From Eledone cirrhosa (Eukaryota), in NCBI GenBank assembly GCA_964016885.1, contig OZ024741.1:67022001-67086000 (forward strand): DNA of 64,000 nt, read 5' to 3'. The translations under genes were made by a program, and so were the position numbers. Shown here piece after piece: positions 54,199-64,000 of the stretch. The notes under the pieces are model-generated. The model did not search any database and was not told the origin of the DNA. It was given only the letters and a program-made list of their open reading frames with translations. How positions within the stretch are numbered: position 1 is the first letter of the stretch; each line of letters begins with the position of its first letter.

Positions 54199-54214
54199 TA
54201 TCATATATAGAAAG

Positions 54215-54337
<123 letters not shown>

Positions 54338-55059
54338 TTATGCTTGAATACGAAAGAAAAGGAAATAATGGCGCACAGATGTGTAATTGAAGAAGCTTTG
54401 CAACATAAAATATGTTAACCCTCTTAAAAGTTTTCTTGTGAATTAAACCTAATAGCAATGTCAGACGAATTGTTACAACTCGTATAGTTTTATACCTGTT
54501 TTCAAATTTTCTTATACTATTATATACCTTATGTGACTATTACTTTCATTCATCTATTTATTCATATGTTAAATCCATTCATTAGTTTAGTCATTGATTG
54601 ATGAAATGTATGTTTTGTGCAAATCATGTTTTATACGTCTTTTCTCTTTTTCGCTTTTTTTTTGGTTTCGTTTCCTTCGATTCTTTACTTTACGTCTATT
54701 CTATTTGCTCCAAAACTGATGTCTCCACAACTTCCTGTACCGTCGCAACTAAAGAAACCAGTTAATTTCATTGGCTGAAATATTCTTTTTCGTAAATTCT
54801 CAGTTCCCAACAACTGCTAACATTCTATCGTCTTCTTTCTGTCAATAGTCTTATCTCAGTGATAATGTTGTTAAGTATTATTATTGCTGATTTTGGTGCT
54901 GGGTTTTGTAGCTTTGTTTCACCTTCTTTTATAAAGTTGTTTATATATTTCTTATCTTGTTTTAAAAAGTACCACTAATGACTTAGTGGAACACTTAACT
55001 GTTTCTATTTTGTGCTATGAAAGCAATTCCATTGACAATTTTATTTTGATCTTGCTTCT

Positions 55060-55061
55060 TC

Positions 55062-55136
<75 letters not shown>

Positions 55137-55564
55137 TTTTTTGTTTCTATATTTCCTTTTTTTCTTTCTTTCTCTCTTTGCTTTCTTTCTTTCTTTCTTT
55201 TTTTGTTTCTATATTTCCTTTTTTTCTTTCTTTCTCTCTTTGCTTTCTATTTCCCTTTTTCTTTCTTTGCTTTCTATTATTCTTTTTTCTTTCTTTCTTT
55301 CTTTCATTCTTTTTATTAACATTTTTTATTATTATTATTTCTTCTTCCTAATCCTTCATTTCGTGTTTTTTTTTTATTGTTGATGTTATTATTAAAAGTT
55401 TTGTTCTATTTCTTCTTCTTTATTTCCTTCCAATAGGCAATCATACTTAGTCATTGTTTTTCTCATCTCTTTTTCCTCATTTCTCATTCACAACTAACAT
55501 TTCACTTTCTTTCTTAGTTTCAATTTTCTTTTACTATATCAACACTCCTCTTACATCAGCAGAA

Positions 55565-55624
<60 letters not shown>

Positions 55625-55712
55625 GCTATAACTACTGATACTACTACTGCTGCTGCTACTGATATTACTTCTACTACTGCTATTACTACTACTACTTCTA
55701 CTGCTGCTGCTG

Positions 55713-55785
<73 letters not shown>
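55060..55785. repeat. (TTTC)n and (ACT)n tracts
   Basis: Directly visible at 55060-55140 and 55565-55785. Confidence 0.9.
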
Positions 55786-55787
<2 letters not shown>

Positions 55788-56371
55788 TATATTATAATAA
55801 AAGCGCTCTCTATCCGTCCGCTCGTCACGCTTACTTTATATTTAGAGAGGAGCGCCAAGTGAGAGATGTGTATAGAGATAGAAAGAGAGAAGGGAATACT
55901 GTGAGTTTTCGAGGTGACAGAGAGAGGTAGATAGATAGAAAGTTACGATGTTGCCCTCATCAATATATATGTTCTAATGTGCATGGTGCAAAGCATGTAC
56001 TTATATATTTTTCTTTATTTTTCCAGGTACAAGTACTTAATTCACCTCATCAACACACATACATCTACATGTTTATATGTGGCATTTGAAAATGTGAGAC
56101 TCCCAAATTCAGAAAATAACTTTAATAATAGCCGATCACTATAGATAATAGTTGAGAATTTTGGGTAAATTACTCTTAGAGATGGAACAATGGGAATAGA
56201 GGTGCTTCAATAATATATGAGGTTTATATTTATGTATATTTAAATTTATATGATTGGAAGTACATATATCCAGATTGCTAGCAGTTCGAGCAGATGTTCT
56301 TCGAGAAGAACAGCCTACATTAGTTATTAATAGCTAATTGAAATTCTGTCTAATTTATCGTTATGTAAATT

Positions 56372-56565
56372 GTAAGCGGTTTAGTGGTTAACCTGTTGGA
56401 TCTATGACCATAACATTGCGGGTTCGATTTCTGAACCGAATGGCGGATTGTATTCTTGAAGAACACACTCCATTTTCCGTTGCCCCAGTCAACTCAACTG
56501 AAAATGAGTACCAGCGGGAGCTAGGGTTGTAAATCTGCAATGGACTGGCATCCTAACCAGGGTGG
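56372..56565 (+). mobile_element. Old tRNA-derived SINE of a second family
   Basis: A-box-like GGTTTAGTGGTTAA and B-box-like GGTTCGATTTC, then CATTTTCCGTTGCCCCAGTCAACTCAACTGAAAATGAGTACC. Related relic near 25850-25960. Confidence 0.55.
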
Positions 56566-57932
56566 TACATTGTAGTCATTTAACGTAAATTTACATGTAA
56601 ATTTACATGTTATATAATACAAGGATGTAAATTATACAGGACGATACTAGATAGATAGAGTTGGTAAAATGTTTGACAAAATACATTGCGGTACGTAGTG
56701 AAGGTTTTTATGACTCCCGGCGTGATAGACTACGCCTTTAATCATTCTGAGGTCAGTAAAATGACATACCTTGTTAAACACTTTCACATCCGCTGATTTA
56801 CTGATTTATTTCATATTTTTCCCAATTTTACTGGTTCCAGTCATTCAACTGCAGTGACACGTGGATAAAATCGGCCTTAGTACTTATTTCCTCAAGTCTT
56901 GCACTTAATTTATCGAACCGCTCAGTTATGGGACATAATTCAACAGTAAACGAAGAGATGGGCGCACATATGATGGACTTCAAAAAGGTTTCCGTCCACC
57001 GAAGTCTTCTATAGTAGAATACACTTATCCAACGTGTCTAGCATCTTGGCATATTATCTGTGTCCAGAACATTTTCAGAAATATTAGCAGCAATAATGAT
57101 TTGGCTAAGAAGAAAGGAAGACATTATTTTTAGATCGGAGACCTTGCCAGAATGATTGCTATAGATTGGAATCTACGCAAAGGTACTAAATGACTTGGTG
57201 AGGTTACAAGAATCTTTAGATTAGCTCTACCACACAAGAGCAGGGATTGTCTCACAGAATGGCTTCCGTAATATTTCTAACAGATTTTCCTAATACCGCT
57301 CGACTCCGAGCTACAGTAAAACAGATTTTGTCTATGTGCAGCATAGTAAGGTCGAAGCTAATACCACACAACTGTAAAGCAAACTTTTCACAGTTATATC
57401 CCACCCATTTAAATAAATGAAAGGCAAATCCAGTACCTTCGTTTAATTAAGATGTTGAACATATCACAATGTGTCAAATAATTAAATCTTAGGTATTGTC
57501 CCTCTCCTCTTGCATTTGTGTTTAAGTAACTATTTTTTCTGAATATGAGTTTCATAATGACCAGTTATTCTGGCATGTATAGGTAACATAAGATACAAAT
57601 CTCCATCATGCACCCCAAGGTTCAAATTTGTATATTTCTTTAGTTATTTGTCCTTCACTACATTGACAAGTAATGTAGAATATGGCCAAAAGATTTCCCG
57701 AACTGTTTACCGAAGAAATAATATATATTTCTACTTTAGGAACAGGGACAGGATATTTTGGTGAAGGAATTGACAGGTATTGTATTTTATCAATCTTGGA
57801 AGGATGAAATGCAAAATTGACCTCAATAGGATTTGAACTGAGAATGTAAAGAGCCAGAACAAATACCGCAATGGCGTTTTATTCGATGGTTTACGAATTC
57901 GACCAATCTACCACCATACATTGGTTAATAAT

Positions 57933-58114
57933 TGTTTCTACTTTAGGCACAAGGCCAGCAATTACCCAGTGCATTACTGGTACTTTATTTTATCGACCCC
58001 GTAAGGATGAAAGGCAAAGTCAACCTCGGCGGGATTTGAACTCAGATCGTAAAGGGACGTAACTATGCTAGAAAGCATGGCGTCCAACCCTCCACCGATA
58101 CTGCCAATCCACCG
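57933..58114 (-). mobile_element. SINE with 20-bp TSD, adjacent to an older diverged SINE (57725-57912)
   Basis: ACCATACATTGGTTAATAAT at 57913-57932 and 58115-58134. Confidence 0.9.
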
Positions 58115-58936
58115 ACCATACATTGGTTAATAATGCTTTTTCTTTATTGCATAACTATTTCTTGTTACCTTCATTAGTTGCTTTATAGCAAATACCTTAA
58201 CATCAATTTAGCTACCATAGATGTTGTTTGTTGTAGAATGACAGTCAAACTGTAATAACACTCAACACTCTTTGTATGCAGTCTGTTCGATGTTTCTAAT
58301 TATGGCATATATCTTAAGAGGCCTGAACTATTAAAATGATTAGTGTCCTGGAAACCTGACATACTGGGGACAAGACATGAACTACTTATACACGCTGACT
58401 ACCACTTGGCATTCATTATGAACTCTACCATTTGCACATCTCCAGAATTAAATGGAAAAGGGATATAGTCAATGGATGTAGGTTCATTTGGAGAAACGAA
58501 CCAAGACTGAAACTGTCAAAAGGTTAACATTATAATTGCTTATCTTCTCTATTATCGATCTCTAATGTTAAACGAATTCTATACTGATAAAGAACATCAA
58601 TGACTTGTATACAAACCTATCTAAATTGGTCTCCTACTTGGATATTATTTAATTATAATATTGATTCTTGTGATTTCAATGGAAAGATTTTCATCAAAAG
58701 ACAGTACTCCATTACCATAATTACCGCGAAGCACTTCGCCACTATTATCATTAAAACTAATAACAAAAATAACAATAACAACTACAATAACGACACTAAC
58801 AATAACATCAATTAAAATAACAACAACATCAATAATAACAAAGGTACTGCGTCTATTCTTGTCATTACTATTACCATCATCTCTCAGATAACACCTTGTA
58901 ATTCTAACATTGCTTTAACCAATATAGCCTCTTTCC

Positions 58937-61900
58937 ATGACACAAATACACAATGAGGAAATATATGTGAGATTACTTGACCTGCTAGTAATAGCAAGCA
59001 GATCCCCTTCAATTCAAACACTACTACCTTATATAAAGAAATCTATATTGGGCATTGTAGACCTTGGTAGAGAAAAGGGTGGAATATTAAAGGTCGCACT
59101 ACATTTGATCTTATGTATATTGAATCTACTGGTGACAAGCAAGAACAACAAAAAACACTACGTTGATTATGCTCACTGCCCCAAGCACAGACAACACTGC
59201 CATCCATATTTCTACAAGAATAAGCCACGTCGCAGTAAAGTTACACCAACGATAGTAACACTAACAACACCAACGATAGTAACACTAACAACACCAACGA
59301 TAATAACACTAACAACACCAACGATAGTAACACCCACAACACCAACGATAATAACACTAACAACACCAACGATAATAACACTAACAACACCAACGATAGT
59401 AACACCCACAACACCAACGATAGTAACACCCACAACACCAACGATAGTAACACTAACAACACCAACGATAGTAACACTAACAACACCAACGATAGTAACA
59501 CTAACAACACCAACGATAGTAACACTAACAACACCAACGATAATAACACTAACAACACCAACGATAGTAACACCCACAACACCAACGATAGTAACACCCA
59601 CAACACCAACGATAGTAACACTAACAACACCAACGTTAGTAACACTAACAACATCAACGATAGTAACACTAACAACACCAACGATAGTAACACTAACAAC
59701 ACCAACGATAGTAAGACCCACAACACCAACGATAGTAACACTAACAACACCAACGATAGTAACACTAACAACACCAACGATAGTAACACAAACATCACCA
59801 ACGATAGTAACACTAACAACACCAACGATAGTAACACCCACAAAACCAAGGATAGTAACACTAACAACACCAATGATAGTAACACTAACAACACCAACGA
59901 TAGTAACACAAACATCACCAACGATAGTAACACTAACAACACCAACGATAGTAACACCCACAACACCAACGATAGTAACACTAACATCACCAACGATAGT
60001 AACACTAACAACACCAACGATAGTAACACTAACAACACCAACGATAGTAACACTAACAACACCAACGATAGTAACACTAACAACACCAACGATAGTAACA
60101 CTAACAACACCAACGATAGTAACACTAACAACACCAACGATAGTAACACCCACAACACCAACGATAGTAACACTAACATCACCAACGATAGTAACACTAA
60201 CAACACCAACGATAGTAACACTAACAACACCAACGATAGTAACACTAACAACACCAACGATAGTAACACTAACAACACCAACGATAGTAACACTAACAAC
60301 ACCAACGATAGTAACACCCACAACACCAACGATAGTAACACTAACAACACCAACGATAGTAACACCCACAACACCAACGATAGTAACACTAACAACACCA
60401 ACGATAGTAACACACACAACACCAACGATAGTAACACTAACAACACCAACGATAGTAACACCCACAACACCAACGATAGTAACACTAACAACACCAACGA
60501 TAGTAACACTAACAACACCAACGATAGTAACACTAACAACACCAACGATAGTAACACCCACAACACCAACGATAGTAACACTAACAACACCAACGATAGT
60601 AACACTAACAACACCAACGATAGTAACACCTACAACACCAACGATAGTAACACTAACAACACCAACGATAGTAACACCCACAACACCAACGATAGTAACA
60701 CTAACAACACCAACGATAGTAACACCTACAACACCAACGATAGTAACACTAACAACACCAACGATAGTAACACTAACAACACCAACGATAGTAACACTAA
60801 CAACACCAACGATAGTAACACTAACAACACCAACGATAGTAACACTAACAATACCAACGATAGTAACACCCACAACACCAACGATAGTAACACGAACAAC
60901 ACCAACGATAGTAACACTAACAACACCAACGATAGTAACACTAACAACACCAACGATAGTAACACTAACAACACCAACGATAGTAACACTAACAACACCA
61001 ACGATAGTAACACCCACAACACCAACGATAGTAACACGAACAACACCAACGATAGTAACACTAACAACACCAATGATAGTAACACTAACAACACCAACGA
61101 TAATAACACTAACATCACCAACGATAGTAACACTAACAACACCAACGATAATAACACTAACATCACCAACGATAGTAACACTAACAACACCAACGATAAT
61201 AACACTAACATCACCAACGATAGTAACACTAACAACACCAACGATAATAACACTAACATCACCAACGATAGTAACACTAACAACACCAACGATAATAACA
61301 CTAACATCACCAACGATAGTAACACTAACAACACCAACGATAGTAACACGAACAACACCAACGATAGTAACACTAACAACACCAACGATAGTAACACTAA
61401 CAACACCAACGATAATAACACTAACATCACCAACGATAGTAACACTAACAACACCAACGATAGTAACACTAACAACACCAACGATAGTAACACTAACAAC
61501 ACCAACGATAGTAACACTAACAACACCAACGATAGTAACACTAACAACACCAACGATAGTAACACCCACAACACCAACGATAGTAACACCCACAACACCA
61601 ACGATAGTAACACTAACAACACCAACGATAGTAACACTAACAATACCAACGATAGTAACACCCACTACACCAACGATAGTAACACCCACAACACCAACGA
61701 TAGTAACACTAACAACACCAACGATAGTAACACTAACAACACCAACGATAGTAACACTAACAACACCAACGATAGTAACACTAACAACACCAACGATAGT
61801 AACACTAACAACACCAACGATAGTAACACCCACAACACCAACGATAGTAACACTAACAACACCAACGATAGTAACACTAACAACACCAACGACAGTAACA

Positions 61901-64000
61901 CTAACAACACCAACGATAGTAACACCCACAACACCAACGATAGTAACACTAACAACACCAACGATAGTAACACTAACAACACCAACGATAGTAACACTAA
62001 CAACACCAACGATAGTAACACTAACAACACCAACGATAGTAACACCCACAACACCAACGATAGTAACACTAACAACACCAACGATAGTAACACTAACAAT
62101 ACCAACGATAGTAACACCCACAACACCAACGATAGTAACACTAACAACACCAACGATAGTAACACCCACAACACCAACGATAGTAACACCCACAACACCA
62201 ACGATAGTAACACTAACAACACCAACGATAGTAACACTAACAACACCAACGATAGTAACACTAACAACACCAACGATAGTAACACCCACAACACCAACGA
62301 TAGTAACACTAACAACACCAACGATAGTAACACTAACAACACCAACGATAGTAACACTAACAACACCAACGATAGTAACACTAACAACACCAACGATAGT
62401 AACACCCACAACACCAACGATAGTAACACTAACAACACCAACGATAGTAACACCCACAACACCAACGATAGTAACACTAACAATACCAACGATAGTAACA
62501 CTAACAACACCAACGATAGTAACACTAACAACACCAACGATAGTAACACTAACAACACCAACGATAGTAACACTAACAACACCAACGATAGTAACACTAA
62601 CAACACCAACGATAGTAACACTAACAACACCAACGATAGTAACACTAACAACACCAACGATAGTAACACCCACAACACCAACGATAGTAACACTAACAAC
62701 ACCAACGATAGTAACACTAACAATACCAACGATAGTAACACCCACTACACCAACGATAGTAACACTAACAACACCAACGATTGTAACACTAACAACACCA
62801 ACGATAGTAACACTAACAACACCAACGATAGTAACACCCACAACACCAACGATAGTAACACTAACAACACCAACGATAGTAACACTAACAATACCTACGA
62901 TAGTAACACTAACAACACCAACGATAGTAACACTAACAACACCAACGATAGTAACACCCACAACACCAACGATAGTAACACCCACAACACCAACGATAGT
63001 AACACCCACAACACCAACGATAGTAACACTAACAACACCAATGATAGTAACACCCACAACACCAACGATAGTAACACTAACAACACCAACGATAGTAACA
63101 CTAACAACACCAACGATAGTAACACTAACAACACCAACGATAGTAACACTAACAACACCAACGATAGTAACACTAACAACACCAACGATAGTAACACTAA
63201 CAATACCAACGATAGTAACACCCACAACACCAACGATAGTAACACGAACAACACCAACGATAGTAACACTAACAACACCAACGATAGTAACACTAACAAC
63301 ACCAACGATAGTAACACTAACAACACCAACGATAGTAACACTAACAACACCAACGATAGTAACACCCACAACACCAACGATAGTAACACTAACAACACCA
63401 ACGATAGTAACACTAACAATACCTACGATAGTAACACTAACAACACCAACGATAGTAACACTAACAACACCAACGATAGTAACACTAACAACACCAACGA
63501 TAGTAACACTAACAACACCAACGATAGTAACACTAACAACACCAACGATAGTAACACTAACAACACCAACGATAGTAACACTAACAATACCAACGATAGT
63601 AACACCCACAACACCAACGATAGTAACACGAACAACACCAACGATAGTAACACTAACAACACCAACGATAGTAACACTAACAACACCAACGATAGTAACA
63701 CTAACAACACCAACGATAGTAACACTAACAACACCAACGATAGTAACACCCACAACACCAACGATAGTAACACGAACAACACCAACGATAGTAACACTAA
63801 CAACACCAATGATAGTAACACTAACAACACCAACGATAATAACACTAACATCACCAACGATAGTAACACTAACAACACCAACGATAATAACACTAACATC
63901 ACCAACGATAGTAACACTAACAACACCAACGATAATAACACTAACATCACCAACGATAGTAACACTAACAACACCAACGATAATAACACTAACATCACCA
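58937..64000 (+). CDS. Candidate mucin-like Thr/Pro-rich ORF (TPTIVTLT repeats), incomplete
   Basis: Manual translation: ATG at 58937 and 102 stop-free non-repetitive codons in frame with the repeat, with no stop seen to the window end. Expression unproven. Confidence 0.3.
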   Translation, partial: MTQIHNEEIYVRLLDLLVIASRSPSIQTLLPYIKKSILGIVDLGREKGGILKVALHLILCILNLLVTSKNNKKHYVDYAHCPKHRQHCHPYFYKNKPRRSKVTPTIVTLTTPTIVTLTTPTIITLTTPTIVTPTTPTIITLTTPTIITLTTPTIVTPTTPTIVTPTTPTIVTLTTPTIVTLTTPTIVTLTTPTIVTLTTPTIITLTTPTIVTPTTPTIVTPTTPTIVTLTTPTLVTLTTSTIVTLTTPTIVTLTTPTIVRPTTPTIVTLTTPTIVTLTTPTIVTQTSPTIVTLTTPTIVTPTKPRIVTLTTPMIVTLTTPTIVTQTSPTIVTLTTPTIVTPTTPTIVTLTSPTIVTLTTPTIVTLTTPTIVTLTTPTIVTLTTPTIVTLTTPTIVTLTTPTIVTPTTPTIVTLTSPTIVTLTTPTIVTLTTPTIVTLTTPTIVTLTTPTIVTLTTPTIVTPTTPTIVTLTTPTIVTPTTPTIVTLTTPTIVTHTTPTIVTLTTPTIVTPTTPTIVTLTTPTIVTLTTPTIVTLTTPTIVTPTTPTIVTLTTPTIVTLTTPTIVTPTTPTIVTLTTPTIVTPTTPTIVTLTTPTIVTPTTPTIVTLTTPTIVTLTTPTIVTLTTPTIVTLTTPTIVTLTIPTIVTPTTPTIVTRTTPTIVTLTTPTIVTLTTPTIVTLTTPTIVTLTTPTIVTPTTPTIVTRTTPTIVTLTTPMIVTLTTPTIITLTSPTIVTLTTPTIITLTSPTIVTLTTPTIITLTSPTIVTLTTPTIITLTSPTIVTLTTPTIITLTSPTIVTLTTPTIVTRTTPTIVTLTTPTIVTLTTPTIITLTSPTIVTLTTPTIVTLTTPTIVTLTTPTIVTLTTPTIVTLTTPTIVTPTTPTIVTPTTPTIVTLTTPTIVTLTIPTIVTPTTPTIVTPTTPTIVTLTTPTIVTLTTPTIVTLTTPTIVTLTTPTIVTLTTPTIVTPTTPTIVTLTTPTIVTLTTPTTVTLTTPTIVTPTTPTIVTLTTPTIVTLTTPTIVTLTTPTIVTLTTPTIVTPTTPTIVTLTTPTIVTLTIPTIVTPTTPTIVTLTTPTIVTPTTPTIVTPTTPTIVTLTTPTIVTLTTPTIVTLTTPTIVTPTTPTIVTLTTPTIVTLTTPTIVTLTTPTIVTLTTPTIVTPTTPTIVTLTTPTIVTPTTPTIVTLTIPTIVTLTTPTIVTLTTPTIVTLTTPTIVTLTTPTIVTLTTPTIVTLTTPTIVTLTTPTIVTPTTPTIVTLTTPTIVTLTIPTIVTPTTPTIVTLTTPTIVTLTTPTIVTLTTPTIVTPTTPTIVTLTTPTIVTLTIPTIVTLTTPTIVTLTTPTIVTPTTPTIVTPTTPTIVTPTTPTIVTLTTPMIVTPTTPTIVTLTTPTIVTLTTPTIVTLTTPTIVTLTTPTIVTLTTPTIVTLTIPTIVTPTTPTIVTRTTPTIVTLTTPTIVTLTTPTIVTLTTPTIVTLTTPTIVTPTTPTIVTLTTPTIVTLTIPTIVTLTTPTIVTLTTPTIVTLTTPTIVTLTTPTIVTLTTPTIVTLTTPTIVTLTIPTIVTPTTPTIVTRTTPTIVTLTTPTIVTLTTPTIVTLTTPTIVTLTTPTIVTPTTPTIVTRTTPTIVTLTTPMIVTLTTPTIITLTSPTIVTLTTPTIITLTSPTIVTLTTPTIITLTSPTIVTLTTPTIITLTSP
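59243..64000. repeat. 24-bp minisatellite ACACCAACGATAGTAACACTAACA, about 198 units, runs off the window
   Basis: Directly visible. Only substitution variants seen, no indels. Confidence 0.98.

Noticed and set aside
55454-55930. Signal peptide plus poly-Thr mucin ORF
   Set aside because: The Thr run is an (ACT)n microsatellite, the start is TTG in T-rich low-complexity DNA and the tail is a Helitron-like end.
55990-56060. Host exon after the polypyrimidine TTTTCCAG acceptor
   Set aside because: No convincing coding frame or donor site. Such motifs are common in AT-rich DNA.
59212-63998. 1513-aa (VSVTIVGV)n and poly-L/V minus-strand ORFs as real proteins
   Set aside because: They are antisense readings of a stop-poor 24-bp repeat. 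Starts are GTG/TTG inside the array, there is no unique domain, and the L-rich frame is broken by stops.
59243-64000. CRISPR array
   Set aside because: Contiguous tandem units without spacers, no cas genes, eukaryotic context.

Overview
Eukaryotic, AT-rich, microsatellite-dense DNA with no recognisable host gene, rRNA, tRNA gene or CRISPR array. The tRNA-derived SINEs and repeat landscape resemble an octopus or other cephalopod genome (inference). Penelope-like retroelements (PLEs) dominate. A near full-length but decayed Neptune-type PLE (1.9-8.7 kb) has pseudo-LTRs in direct and inverted orientation. There are also several 5'-truncated Nematis-like PLEs and many solo or inverted pLTR remnants inserted in (TA)n tracts, most carrying minimal hammerhead-ribozyme (HHR) motifs. 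Other elements are about 20 SINE copies (one 5-copy head-to-tail array), R4/Dong and RTE LINE remnants, two mariner remnants, a hAT remnant, a hAT MITE, non-autonomous Helitrons and a 4.8-kb 24-bp minisatellite that is open in several frames. The most interesting signal is in the Neptune PLE. It has an intact 397-aa upstream ORF that overlaps the ATG-less RT frame, with a U_UUU_UUA slippery heptamer in exactly the phase for a -1 ribosomal frameshift. This suggests a gag-pol-like two-ORF design, whereas EN+ PLEs are usually described as single-ORF. Most ORFs in the supplied track are microsatellite artefacts.
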